Positions 9,500-19,621 of a stretch of 64,000 bases of DNA are shown here, piece by piece. The notes under the pieces were generated by a model. It worked only from the letters and a program-made list of their open reading frames with translations, did not search any database and had not been told where the DNA came from. The position numbers were made by a program, and so were the translations under genes. The DNA comes from Lachnospiraceae bacterium (GTDB lineage Bacteria > Bacillota > Clostridia > Lachnospirales > Lachnospiraceae): the NCBI GenBank assembly GCA_045628945.1, contig JAZQQG010000046.1, forward strand, positions 9,877 to 73,876, written 5' to 3'. How positions within the stretch are numbered: position 1 is the first letter of the stretch; each line of letters starts with the position of its first letter.

Positions 9500-9530
9500 T
9501 CTCGTATATTATCCTCCTTCTAATCAAAAT

Positions 9531-9563
9531 GGGGGCATGCGAAATATTATTTCACATGCCCCC
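9531..9563. terminator. Bidirectional intrinsic terminator between convergent genes
   Basis: GGGGGCATG, a 15-nt loop, then CATGCCCCC (perfect 9-bp GC-rich stem) between the stops at 9499 (+) and 9624 (-). Confidence 0.65.
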
Positions 9564-9623
9564 GCTCTTCGTTGCGGTCAGTCTATACTTACCCTGTCTT
9601 CTCTTCATATAATTTACATTATG

Positions 9624-10796
9624 CTACTCCGTATATCCCCGGTCATACTTCACTACCGCGAAATACTTCGTTTCGGGACGGGCATCCAACGCCGCCTCAA
9701 TCGTCGTCTGGATGTGTTCCTGCGAAACTTTTGCGTCAAAAGGAAGCACGACATCAAATAATACATTGGTGTGTGTCGGTCCCGGTACCACGCGAAAATC
9801 ATGGAAGCTTAAGTACTCATCAATGCCATGCAGCGTGTCTCGAATCAGTTCCCGAAGTTCCTCGTACTGCGGGATGTCCTTAAGAATCGGGTCCATATGA
9901 ATCGTTAAGATTACCCCCGTCTGCTCGTACACCAGATATTCCAACACATCGATTGCATCATGAATCTCCATCATATCTCCATGCCCGTCTACCTCAGCGT
10001 GAAGACTTCCGAAGGAATTTCCCGGCCCGTAGGAGTGAATCATAATATCATGCACACCGGATACGTGCGGATCTGCCATAACAATACCGATCAATGCTTC
10101 CACCGTCTCGCGGTCCGCAGGCTGTCCCAGAAGTTCTGCTACCGTGTCGCGAATAATTCCGATACCGGCAAACAGAATAAAGCAGGACACCACGCAACCC
10201 ATCACACCATCGACAGGTAAGGTGGTGAAAAGAGAAGCTACCAGCGCAATCACCGTAGCAGTAGTGGCAATCACGTCGGTCAGACTGTCCTTGGAGGTGG
10301 CAATCATAACAGAGGAATCGATTCGTTTCCCCAGATTCCTGTTAAATAGGAACATCCAGAACTTCATAAGAATCGACAGAATCAATGCTCCCAATACCAC
10401 CCACGAGAAATGGATTACATCCGGATGAAGAATCTTCGTCACACTGGTCTTCAGAAGCTCCACACCCACCATAAGGATTACAGAAGCCACGATTAAGGAA
10501 AAAAGATACTCCATACGACCATGACCGAAGGGATGATTCTTATCGGCAGGCTTCGCCGCTAACTTATAGCCTAAGAGACTGATAACACAGTTCCCGGCAT
10601 CCGATAGGTTGTTCATCGCATCCGACACAATGGACACGGAACCGCTTAAGAGTCCCATCGTCAGTTTCAAACCAAACAGAAGCACATTACAGAAAATGCC
10701 CACGATTCCGGAACAGAAGCCGTACTGTTTACGAACCTTCACATCCTTCACATTCTTATAATCTTTTATAAACAGTTTTACCAACAGATCTGTCAT
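9624..10796 (-). CDS. Cation diffusion facilitator (CDF) family metal efflux transporter
   Basis: Six TMs, with the SDAMNNLSD and HPFGHGRMEY motifs characteristic of CDF proteins, plus a C-terminal cytoplasmic domain. Confidence 0.9.
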   Translation of the reverse strand: MTDLLVKLFIKDYKNVKDVKVRKQYGFCSGIVGIFCNVLLFGLKLTMGLLSGSVSIVSDAMNNLSDAGNCVISLLGYKLAAKPADKNHPFGHGRMEYLFSLIVASVILMVGVELLKTSVTKILHPDVIHFSWVVLGALILSILMKFWMFLFNRNLGKRIDSSVMIATSKDSLTDVIATTATVIALVASLFTTLPVDGVMGCVVSCFILFAGIGIIRDTVAELLGQPADRETVEALIGIVMADPHVSGVHDIMIHSYGPGNSFGSLHAEVDGHGDMMEIHDAIDVLEYLVYEQTGVILTIHMDPILKDIPQYEELRELIRDTLHGIDEYLSFHDFRVVPGPTHTNVLFDVVLPFDAKVSQEHIQTTIEAALDARPETKYFAVVKYDRGYTE

Positions 10797-10805
10797 ACTG
10801 TGCCT

Positions 10806-12530
10806 CTATACATAGGAATAGATTACTTTCTCATGCGCCGCAGGAACCTGCCCGCGTACTCGAAAAAGCTCCGTTAACGTCAGGAATTCATAGCCACGGC
10901 ACTGCATAATCGTCAGAATATCATCCAGTGCTTCGGCGGTGGCAACATTCTCCTTTGCATCATGTAACAGAATAATCATACCGTTATCCTGTCCCTGCAG
11001 CGTTCTCTCAATTCGCTCGGGAATCGTCACCTCGGGATTCCAGTCATCACAGCCATGTCCCTCAATAAAGGGATGAGGAATCACCTCGTACATCTCCTCG
11101 CTCACCGCGATATAGGGAGGACGGAAGAAGGATGCTTTATGACCGGTATATTTCTCAATCAGAGCATCGGTCTTATCCACCTCGTCAAGCATCTCCTCGC
11201 GGGTAAGCTCCGGCATTCCGGGATGCGAGAAGGTATGGTTATTAATCTCGTGACCTGCCGCATCCATGGCTTTCAGAATGTCTCCGGTCTCCTCATCGAT
11301 ATTGCAACCGTTCACAAAAAACGATCCCTTCACGCCGTGCTTTGCAAGAACCTTAAGTATCTCCGGCGTCGTATCGGTATTCGGGCCGTCATCAAAGGTC
11401 ACTGCCGCAAAACGTTTTGCAGTCTGACCGCCGGCAGGAAGTCTTGAAGGAACCGCCTCGTTCCCGGAATGAATCCGGAGCAGTTCGCAGATTCGCTTCG
11501 ACAAAACAATGGCCGCCTTACGATGGGTCACCTCCGTCGGATGGTAGTCTGCTACCAGACCGTCTTCGGGACGCTGCTCCTCAAAAGGCATTGCATAGGT
11601 CATCTCGTCTCCGGTCTCCTTGCGGAAAAGTGCCACTGCCTCCTCGACTTTGTCACACAGACGGGTTCCCATCATTCCCAGAGTACAGAGAATAATTGCC
11701 TTGGGGTTACGTGCACGAATGACCTTTAAGAACTTCACATAGTCGTCACGATACCAATCCCGACGATCCGCATGCTCTACACAGTAGCTGTCATCGTTGG
11801 TACCCAGATTGATTACCACCACATCGGGTGTACGATGATTCTCAAAATCCCATGCAACGTCCTGCGGTTGTACACCACCCAAGTTCCCGTAAGAGAAGCC
11901 AACCTTCTCATAGAAAAGAGGAATCAACTGCTCGGGATGTCTCGTTTCTCCATCATCACTGTAACCCGAGATAATACCGTAACCGCTTAACGATACGAAG
12001 GCATAATCGGCATCCAGATTCGTAACGGTACGATAGGAGTAGCTCTTCGTATTATCCTCAGTCTCCGTGCGGAAATGATGAAGCGGATCCTCATCCTCCA
12101 CTCCGTAACCGCAGGTAATGGAATCTCCCACAATCTCAATGAAGAGATCCTTATCCTCCGTGGGTGCAATCGTAGTGCTTCCCGGATCGATTCCGGTAAT
12201 CATCATCGTGGACATCGCACTCTCCGAAAGCTTCAGTACACGTACCACGTCCCCGCAGCTCACAGGAACCTCAAAGGTCTTCACAGGCTCATCCATTAAG
12301 CAGGTAATCACGCGGCGACGATTCACGACGATACCGATTCGGGCCTGATTCTCCCCTGCCTTCGGATCGGAAGCCGTACTGTCTCCCGTTACTTCGATAC
12401 GGACGGTACTTGCTTCGCCAATCACCTTAAATTCAATTCCGCTTCCGGAATATGCGCACCATGCACCCTCCTTGCAGGCGTAGGCACGGCCTAAGAATTT
12501 CACATTCTCTTTTGCAATCGGTGTCATCAT
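10806..12530 (-). CDS. Bifunctional carbohydrate esterase: CE2-like (beta-sandwich + SGNH) N-terminal half fused to a CE4 NodB-type polysaccharide deacetylase
   Basis: The SGNH part has block I GDSITCGYG, a GTND block and a DYHPT His block. The CE4 motifs are TFDDGP, HTFSH, RPPY and LLHD. No signal peptide is present. Confidence 0.8.
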   Translation of the reverse strand: MMTPIAKENVKFLGRAYACKEGAWCAYSGSGIEFKVIGEASTVRIEVTGDSTASDPKAGENQARIGIVVNRRRVITCLMDEPVKTFEVPVSCGDVVRVLKLSESAMSTMMITGIDPGSTTIAPTEDKDLFIEIVGDSITCGYGVEDEDPLHHFRTETEDNTKSYSYRTVTNLDADYAFVSLSGYGIISGYSDDGETRHPEQLIPLFYEKVGFSYGNLGGVQPQDVAWDFENHRTPDVVVINLGTNDDSYCVEHADRRDWYRDDYVKFLKVIRARNPKAIILCTLGMMGTRLCDKVEEAVALFRKETGDEMTYAMPFEEQRPEDGLVADYHPTEVTHRKAAIVLSKRICELLRIHSGNEAVPSRLPAGGQTAKRFAAVTFDDGPNTDTTPEILKVLAKHGVKGSFFVNGCNIDEETGDILKAMDAAGHEINNHTFSHPGMPELTREEMLDEVDKTDALIEKYTGHKASFFRPPYIAVSEEMYEVIPHPFIEGHGCDDWNPEVTIPERIERTLQGQDNGMIILLHDAKENVATAEALDDILTIMQCRGYEFLTLTELFRVRGQVPAAHEKVIYSYV

Positions 12531-14293
12531 TTCAAATCCTCCAAAAACTTACGCATCCAGCTGGGTCTTTGTTGCAGGAAAGTCGTAATATCGTTCAAGT
12601 CACTTTCGAGTCGGTCTAATCCGGACCACAGATCCCACTCGCCGCCCTCACGGCGCTTATCCAGATACTTCTGGAAGATTCTGTGTTCGGTGATTCGCTC
12701 CTTGTGAATCTCGTTTAAGGCCGCCACCGCCGAATCCGGGTCGAATACGGTATTCATCAGTTCTTCCATCTTGTTGAGGAAATAATTCTTGCAGTCCTCA
12801 CGCTTCATTAATCCCGCAAACATCGGGGAATAGCGGTTCGAGCTTTCCTTCAGTATCTGCTTCAGATTGTCGTATCGATAGCCGGTCTCGGTCTGGTTGT
12901 ACAGATCATAGCAGTAATCCAGGTCATGTAAAAGATAACGCCATCTTCCGTCGAACACACCGTCTCCCAGAGGTTCTCCGGCAGCAGGAACATAGCGGAA
13001 AAGTTTGTAGTTATTCTGAGGCCAGTCATTGTTGTTGATATAAATCTGGAAAGCATAATAATCCAGATAATTCTCGACATCCATGAATTTGCAAAGGTCG
13101 GCGTAGACATCCTCATCGCACAGATCCAGTTTCGTCATCCAGGAATAGGTCTCATTGTACTGCTCGGACCAATGAGGTGTTACGGTATCTCCGGGTTCAA
13201 TTCCGTCCTCACCGCTATCGGCCTTCCATTGCTCATTTCCCTCTAACACAACGAAGGTACCCTCGCCGTCACCGTATTTCTTTTTGAAATAGGTATCGCA
13301 GTAGTTCTCATGCATCCACAGAAGACCGTAGTAATTCCGGTTCACGAAAACCGTAACCGGGATAACCGCTTCATAATCGGAGAATCCCGCTGCCATAGCC
13401 AGACGCTGGTTGAACTCATCGCGAATGTAACCAAACTGGAAATCATTACCAAGATCACGTACCACAAGCTTCTTATAGGAGGCAACCGTCGTCATGCCGT
13501 CTGCCGCCACCGTGCCGAATACATCGGTCTTGAAACGGTTGTTGCCATACTCGTCTCTTGCATAGAGCTTAAAGGACTTAATGACATTGCCACGGGAAGC
13601 ACCGCCGTAAGGACGAAGGCCCGCGTTCTGGGATAACAGAAGCGTACCCTTGGCATCAAACAGCTCCACATACACCTCACGCTCCGTTTCCTCGCCTCGC
13701 TTCTTGGCATTTTCGCCGTAAAGAGTTCCCTTAGGAGCCTGCAGAAGTTCTTCCGGGTTACCGCTTACGCACATAACCGCCGTGGAGAAACGACTGAGCA
13801 CACCCTTATTGACAAGAAACGTTCCGGTACATTCCTCGGAGAAGGAACCGTCCGGATACTCGATAATCGAGCGGACCACATGGACCTCCGGATATTTGTC
13901 ATCCGTTCCGCGCTTCAACGTAATGGTGCCGGAGTAGGCCGATGTTTTCTTACGGGGATCCGAACCGTCCGTCGTAAAATAGATGGTTCCTCCCTGCTCC
14001 GGATCCGCTAAGGAAAGCGATAGCGTCTGCTCTTTTTCGTAGAACCCCGGTACCACGGAAAAAAGAATCGCGCCCTGCTCATAGTGATACGGCTTATTCT
14101 GTTCAATGATGTGATTCACATCCAAATGCTCGTTTTCCTCATAGAGAAGCTCCCGCTCCACATCGGAAAGCGCCGATGCATCCTTCTGATTCGTGCTAAG
14201 CATTTTCTCACGAACCGAGCCTTCCGCACATCCGACTAACATGGTGGACAGAAGCCCGATGCCGAGAATTCGTAACCAGCCTTTTTTCTTCAT
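12527..14293 (-). CDS. CotH kinase-family lipoprotein with an N-terminal chitobiase/hexosaminidase-C-like (Fn3-like) domain
   Basis: Lipobox LVGCAEG. The GTIYFTTDGSDP motif marks the CHB_HEX_C-like domain. The CotH-like core includes VFVNRNYYGLLWMHE and NNDWPQNNYKLFR...LHDLDY. Confidence 0.75.
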   Translation of the reverse strand: MKKKGWLRILGIGLLSTMLVGCAEGSVREKMLSTNQKDASALSDVERELLYEENEHLDVNHIIEQNKPYHYEQGAILFSVVPGFYEKEQTLSLSLADPEQGGTIYFTTDGSDPRKKTSAYSGTITLKRGTDDKYPEVHVVRSIIEYPDGSFSEECTGTFLVNKGVLSRFSTAVMCVSGNPEELLQAPKGTLYGENAKKRGEETEREVYVELFDAKGTLLLSQNAGLRPYGGASRGNVIKSFKLYARDEYGNNRFKTDVFGTVAADGMTTVASYKKLVVRDLGNDFQFGYIRDEFNQRLAMAAGFSDYEAVIPVTVFVNRNYYGLLWMHENYCDTYFKKKYGDGEGTFVVLEGNEQWKADSGEDGIEPGDTVTPHWSEQYNETYSWMTKLDLCDEDVYADLCKFMDVENYLDYYAFQIYINNNDWPQNNYKLFRYVPAAGEPLGDGVFDGRWRYLLHDLDYCYDLYNQTETGYRYDNLKQILKESSNRYSPMFAGLMKREDCKNYFLNKMEELMNTVFDPDSAVAALNEIHKERITEHRIFQKYLDKRREGGEWDLWSGLDRLESDLNDITTFLQQRPSWMRKFLEDLK

Positions 14294-14306
14294 AGGAATC
14301 CTCCGT

Positions 14307-16076
14307 TTATTGAATCGTAATTGAAGTAATGGTTAGTTTTTTGCCGTAAACAATAATCCCGATATCACCGATGGTTGCATTCCCGCCGATGGAACTGTTC
14401 CAATCCGCACCGGTGACGGTGAGGGTATTGCCACTCGCAGAGCACTGGCAGCACCAGTTCTGATCGATGGCAACATTGCCGGAAAAGGTAACCGTAATCT
14501 TCCAATTTGCTTTGTCGGAAGAGCCGGTATTCTTTAAGCTGACATTCAACTGATAGTAATCATTCGTACCGTCATTCCAGGTATTGGAGGAAGAGACGTC
14601 CGCCGTGCAATTGGCCCCGGAACCGCTTCCGGAGATGTTGTCCGGATTGCCGGACCACTCTCCGCCTCCGGAACTGCCGGAGCTTCCGGAATCCCCGGAG
14701 CCGCTGTCGTCCGAACCGTAGTCGGTGGTGCCCACCTTTTCCAGATCTCCGTTCATCATCTTAATGAACCATTTGCCGGAGTCCGAGAGATCCTTCGTCG
14801 TCCAGCCGGAGGTCTTGCTTGTCTTAATTAAGGAACAGGTCTCGTTCTTATTGGACAGCTGCCAGATACAGGAGCTGATTCCCAGATCATCCAGCAACTG
14901 CATCCACTTGGCTGCTTCCTTCTCATTGATGTTACCGCTTCCGGAAGCATTGCAGATTCCATACTCGGTAACAAAGATCGGAAGACCGCTCTTATGTGCC
15001 GAAGCGCATTTCTTGCGAAGATCGTCCTTGTGGGTATCCGCATAGAAATGCAGGGTGTACATGATGTTATCGTACTTTGTAATGGGATCCTTGGCGGCCT
15101 TGTCCACATCCTGACTCCAGGTCGGCGTACCGACAATCACGATACCATCCTCGTCATTCTCGCGAATCACACCGATGACTTCCTCTGCGTACTTCTTGAT
15201 GGTCGACCAGGAGGTACCGCCGTTGGGCTCATTACAGATTTCATAGAAAACATTGTCGTTGTCCGCATACTTCTCGGACATATACTTAAAGAATTCCTTG
15301 GCTTCTTTTTTGTGTGTGGTCGGATCGTTGTCATTCAGAATATGCCAGTCGATAATACAGTAAAGGCCAAGCTCGGTACACCAGTCCACCAGTTGACAGA
15401 CCGTATCCCGCTGTGCCTGCTGTCCTTTGGCATCCTTCGTGGTATAGCCTGCATATTCCTCGGTATATACCGCGATTCGGAAAATCTGAATTCCCCACTC
15501 GTCCTGCATGGTCTGCAGGGCCTTTTTATTATTAAATTCCGGGAACCATACAATACCGAAGCTGCTGACACCCTTTAACTGTACCGGATTGCCGTTTTGG
15601 TCCACCAGGTCTGCACCGCTAACCGCAAGTTTTCCGTAGGTTGCCACCGGCGTTCCGTTGGGCGTGGTCGGCTTCTTATCGGAATCCTTCTTGTCCGTAT
15701 CCGTCTTGCCGGAGTCTTTCTTGCCGGAGTCTTTCTTATCGGAGTCTTTCTTACCTGTGTCCGTCTGATCGGAATCTGTTTTGCCATCGGTAGCGGAAGT
15801 ATCCTCCTTCGAGGTCTCGTCTCCTTCCTCCACCGTCTCGTCGGTAAGCTCCTCCTCTGGATTCAATTCCTCCGATTCTTCCCCGGTTAAGCTATCCTCC
15901 CCGGTCATTCCTTCCGTCTGCGGATTCTGGATATCCCCCGCATCCGTTCCGTTTATATTCTCTTCCGAAAGCGTGGGATTCAGCTTGGAGGGTCCTTTTT
16001 TACCACAGCCGGCAAGGGCAAGAACCACTACCAGTACCAGGCACAGGAATCCTCTGTACAGTTTTCTTTTTTTCAT
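14307..16076 (-). CDS. GH5 endo-beta-1,4-glucanase-like lipoprotein with an acidic/K-D-S-T linker and a C-terminal CBM2-like module
   Basis: Lipobox LAGCGKK. The GH5 acid/base motif is ICNEPNG and the nucleophile motif is FVTEYG; DWHILND is also present. The C-terminal ~110 aa has spaced Trp/Asn/Cys residues resembling a CBM. Confidence 0.85.
   Translation of the reverse strand: MKKRKLYRGFLCLVLVVVLALAGCGKKGPSKLNPTLSEENINGTDAGDIQNPQTEGMTGEDSLTGEESEELNPEEELTDETVEEGDETSKEDTSATDGKTDSDQTDTGKKDSDKKDSGKKDSGKTDTDKKDSDKKPTTPNGTPVATYGKLAVSGADLVDQNGNPVQLKGVSSFGIVWFPEFNNKKALQTMQDEWGIQIFRIAVYTEEYAGYTTKDAKGQQAQRDTVCQLVDWCTELGLYCIIDWHILNDNDPTTHKKEAKEFFKYMSEKYADNDNVFYEICNEPNGGTSWSTIKKYAEEVIGVIRENDEDGIVIVGTPTWSQDVDKAAKDPITKYDNIMYTLHFYADTHKDDLRKKCASAHKSGLPIFVTEYGICNASGSGNINEKEAAKWMQLLDDLGISSCIWQLSNKNETCSLIKTSKTSGWTTKDLSDSGKWFIKMMNGDLEKVGTTDYGSDDSGSGDSGSSGSSGGGEWSGNPDNISGSGSGANCTADVSSSNTWNDGTNDYYQLNVSLKNTGSSDKANWKITVTFSGNVAIDQNWCCQCSASGNTLTVTGADWNSSIGGNATIGDIGIIVYGKKLTITSITIQ
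15672..15775 (-). repeat. In-frame 15-nt tandem repeat encoding the (K)KDS(G/D)K linker of the GH5 protein
   Basis: Three adjacent copies of CGGAGTCTTTCTT(GC/AT/AC) lie at 15710-15754, flanked by degenerate copies. The region translates as KKDSDKKDSGKKDSGKTDTDKKDSDKK. Confidence 0.8.
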
Positions 16077-19000
16077 TATGATTTCTCTCCTGTCGATTCA
16101 AACAGTAATTGCATATCCTTCATAAGTTGCAGCAAGGTATCCAGTGCCTGATCCTCGTCCTTTTCCGTATGACCGGTCGGGGCAAGCTTCAGCACAAAAA
16201 TCGGTTCCTTCTGCATTGTCATCGTAAGCTTTCCGCTGTAGACAGACATTAATTTGGGTAACACGTCGACCTGCACCGGCGCCGTGGGAAGCATCTTCAT
16301 TCGGATCGAGGAAGTCGATCCCTTGATCTCGGTGAGGAAGCGCTCGTGGGCCTTCATTCGTAAATAAGAAATCCGAATCAGGTTGTCTGCGGATCGCGGA
16401 ACCTTCCCAAAACGGTCGAGCAATTCTCCGCGCATCTCATCGCATTCGTCCTCCGACTCCAACATGGCAATCCGCTTGTAGATTTCCAGTTTCTGTTCTT
16501 CGTTCAGAATATAATCTGCCGGGATGAACGCATTGATGTTTAAGTCGACCAGGGTCTGATAATCCATCGTAGCCGGGATTCCCTTGCGGACACGCACGGC
16601 TTCGTTTAACATCTTGCAATACAGGTCGTAGCCAACCGCCGCCATATGTCCGTGCTGACTGGTGCCCAGAATGTTTCCGGCACCGCGAATCTCCAGATCG
16701 CGCATGGCAATCTTGAAACCGCTTCCGAGGTCCGTAAATTCACGGATTGCCGCCAGACGTTTCTCCGCAATCTCCCGCAGCATTTTGTCTCGCTTGTACA
16801 TAAGAAACGCATAGGAGGTTCGATTGCTTCGACCGACACGACCGCGAAGCTGATAGAGCTGGGACAGACCCATCTGGTCGGAGTCATGAATAATAATCGT
16901 ATTTACATTCGAGATATCCAGACCGGTCTCGATAATCGTCGTGGAAACGAGCACATCGATCTCCCCGTTAATGAAATCGTACATAATATGCTCAAGTTCG
17001 CTCTCCTTCATCTGGCCGTGTGCATAAGCCACATTGGCCTCGGGAACCATATTCTGAATGGCGGCGGCACATTCGCCGATTCCTGCCACACGATTGAACA
17101 CATAGTAGACCTGGCCGCCTCGGGACAACTCTCGTACAATGGCCTCACGCACCATTTCTTCATTGTATTCCATGACGTAGGTCTGAATCGGCTGACGCTC
17201 ATCCGGAGCTTCCTCTAAGACACTCATATCACGAATACCCGCTAAGGACATATGAAGGGTACGGGGAATCGGCGTCGCCGTCAGCGTCAGTACATCAATA
17301 TTCTCACGAAGCTTCTTAATCTTTTCCTTATGGCTGACACCGAAACGCTGCTCCTCGTCAATGACCAGAAGTCCCAGATCTTTGAACTGCACGTCGGCCG
17401 ACAGCAAACGATGCGTACCGATGACAATATCCGACATTCCTTTTCGCAAACGTTCAATGGATTCCTTCTGCTGGGAAGGCGATCGGAAGCGGCAGAGCAG
17501 TTCCACCGACACCGGATAATCCTTCATACGCTGCAAAAAAGTATTGTAATGCTGCTGCGCAAGAATGGTGGTCGGCACCAGAAAAGCCACTTGTTTCCCA
17601 TCCTGCACCGCCTTAAAGGCCGCACGAATCGCAATCTCGGTCTTGCCAAAACCCACGTCGCCGCAGATCAGTCGATCCATGATCTTCGTGCTCTCCATAT
17701 CGGCCTTCGTCGCTTCAATTGCGGTTAACTGATCCTCCGTCTCTTCAAACGGAAACATCTCCTCAAATTCCCGCTGCCATACATTGTCCTTACTGAAGCA
17801 GAAGCCGGTAGCCTCCCGACGGGACGCGTAGAGTCTCACCAGATCGTCCGCAATCTCGTTCACCGCCTGACGAACCTTGCTCTTGGTCTTCGTCCATTCC
17901 TGGGTACCGAGCTTACTGATCTTCGGAGCCTTCTCGGCATCCGCGGAGGAATATTTCTGCAACACATCCAAACCGGTCGCGGGAACATACAGTACCCCGC
18001 TGTCACGATACTCGATGCGCATATAATCTCGAACCGTTTTCTCGACCTCCACCTTCTCGATGCCCTTATAGACCCCGAGTCCGTGGTTCTCATGCACGAC
18101 GTAATCGCCGATTTTTAACTGTGAAAAATCCTTAAGCTTCGTGCCCTTGTGTTCCTGATACTTCTTTCTCTTCTTGCGAACCGCACCGAAAATATCCGTA
18201 TCCGAGATGACCACAAGCTTAAGCATCGGATATTCGAAGCCCTTGGACAGATGTCCGTAGAAGGTCATAATCTCTCCGGGCAAAAGAACATGGTCTCGAT
18301 CCTCCGAATAGAACGCAATCAGCTCCTCGTCCGTCAAATCCTTCGCCAGACGTTCCGCACGTGTTCTCGAACCGCTGATCAAAAGAATACGATACCCGTT
18401 TTTCTTATAGGTGGCGAGATCCTTTGTCAGAGTCTCAAAGCTGTTATTGTAGGGGGCCACGCTCTTTACCTGAACGGAGCGGGTGACCTCGAAGTGAATC
18501 GGAAGTCCCGAGGACTCCAGGGCCGCCAGGGCCAACACGCAGGAGCGTTCCAGCTCCCCGAAGGTCTCACCTGCAGAACGAAGAATCTCCATCTGGCCCG
18601 GAATCAGGTATCCCTTCTCCACCCGGGCCTTCATGCTCTCCCGGAATTCCTGTTCCACCGCATTGGCATGCTCCTTGACACGCAAGGGCTCATCCAGAAT
18701 AACGATACACTTTTCTTTATCAAAAAGAGACAGGAAGGTGCCCGCCTCCGGATAGAAATAACGAATATAGCTATCCAGATTCATATAGGATTGCAGTTCA
18801 ATGACCTGGTCGCGCAGCATCTCCATCTGCTGTGAGATTCGATGAGCTTCCTCGGTATGAAACTCCTTGCGGAGGGCATCACTTATTTTTTTACCGTCGG
18901 CAAGAATTCGATTCAGGCCCTCCTGAATGCGATCCTCATCCAGAACCATTTCGGTGGCCGGGAAAATCGTAACCGACGACATCGCCTCAATGGAACGCTG

Positions 19001-19621
19001 ACTCTCAATATCGAACTTACGAATCGACTCGACATCATCGCCCCAGAGCTCGATTCGATAGGGATTCTCCTCCGTCAGATCGAAGACATCGATAATGTCA
19101 CCACGGACGGCAAACTGTCCGGGAGCCTCAACCTGATAGGCCTTCTCATAGCCCATTGCCGCCAGATTACGCGAAAAGTCCTTCAGATTCAGTGCACGTC
19201 CGACCCGCGCACCGGTAATATGATTCAGATAGACCTGAACCGGCACCTGAAACTGCATCAGCGCATCAAAGGTCGTAATAACCGTACAGGGCTTGCCCTC
19301 TAAAAGTCTTCGAATCACGCGGATTCGGTCCATAACAAGATTATTGCTGTGAATATCCGCCTGGTAAAAGATCAGATCCTTTGCCGGATAATACAGGGTC
19401 TCCCGGTCGTAGAGGAGCGCATCCTCATAGAGTTCGCGTGCCTTCTGCTCACTGAAGGTTGCAATAATTCGCTGCTCGTAGCCGGCGCCCAGTCCATCCG
19501 CGATATGTAGTTTTTGTGCATCCACACAACCGGTTACCAAAACGCGCTGTCCCTTGCGAAGTGCCGTGGACATCTCGTCGTAACCGCCCAATTCCCGGAT
19601 TGGATTCCGTAAAATCTGCAT
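16076..19621 (-). CDS. mfd: Transcription-repair coupling factor
   Basis: 1181 aa. It has a UvrB-homology N-terminus, an RNAP-interaction (CarD-like) region, superfamily-2 helicase motifs ([16 protein letters not shown]), and TRG and C-terminal domains. Confidence 0.97.
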   Translation of the reverse strand: MQILRNPIRELGGYDEMSTALRKGQRVLVTGCVDAQKLHIADGLGAGYEQRIIATFSEQKARELYEDALLYDRETLYYPAKDLIFYQADIHSNNLVMDRIRVIRRLLEGKPCTVITTFDALMQFQVPVQVYLNHITGARVGRALNLKDFSRNLAAMGYEKAYQVEAPGQFAVRGDIIDVFDLTEENPYRIELWGDDVESIRKFDIESQRSIEAMSSVTIFPATEMVLDEDRIQEGLNRILADGKKISDALRKEFHTEEAHRISQQMEMLRDQVIELQSYMNLDSYIRYFYPEAGTFLSLFDKEKCIVILDEPLRVKEHANAVEQEFRESMKARVEKGYLIPGQMEILRSAGETFGELERSCVLALAALESSGLPIHFEVTRSVQVKSVAPYNNSFETLTKDLATYKKNGYRILLISGSRTRAERLAKDLTDEELIAFYSEDRDHVLLPGEIMTFYGHLSKGFEYPMLKLVVISDTDIFGAVRKKRKKYQEHKGTKLKDFSQLKIGDYVVHENHGLGVYKGIEKVEVEKTVRDYMRIEYRDSGVLYVPATGLDVLQKYSSADAEKAPKISKLGTQEWTKTKSKVRQAVNEIADDLVRLYASRREATGFCFSKDNVWQREFEEMFPFEETEDQLTAIEATKADMESTKIMDRLICGDVGFGKTEIAIRAAFKAVQDGKQVAFLVPTTILAQQHYNTFLQRMKDYPVSVELLCRFRSPSQQKESIERLRKGMSDIVIGTHRLLSADVQFKDLGLLVIDEEQRFGVSHKEKIKKLRENIDVLTLTATPIPRTLHMSLAGIRDMSVLEEAPDERQPIQTYVMEYNEEMVREAIVRELSRGGQVYYVFNRVAGIGECAAAIQNMVPEANVAYAHGQMKESELEHIMYDFINGEIDVLVSTTIIETGLDISNVNTIIIHDSDQMGLSQLYQLRGRVGRSNRTSYAFLMYKRDKMLREIAEKRLAAIREFTDLGSGFKIAMRDLEIRGAGNILGTSQHGHMAAVGYDLYCKMLNEAVRVRKGIPATMDYQTLVDLNINAFIPADYILNEEQKLEIYKRIAMLESEDECDEMRGELLDRFGKVPRSADNLIRISYLRMKAHERFLTEIKGSTSSIRMKMLPTAPVQVDVLPKLMSVYSGKLTMTMQKEPIFVLKLAPTGHTEKDEDQALDTLLQLMKDMQLLFESTGEKS

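Noticed and set aside
14725-15890. + strand ORFs (97-194 aa) antisense to the GH5 gene
   Set aside because: GH5 catalytic motifs and a lipobox are present on the minus strand. The antisense ORFs partly derive from the in-frame tandem repeat.
16646-19303. + strand ORFs of 153-228 aa antisense to mfd
   Set aside because: mfd is intact with all helicase motifs on the minus strand. The antisense ORFs lack RBSs and motifs.
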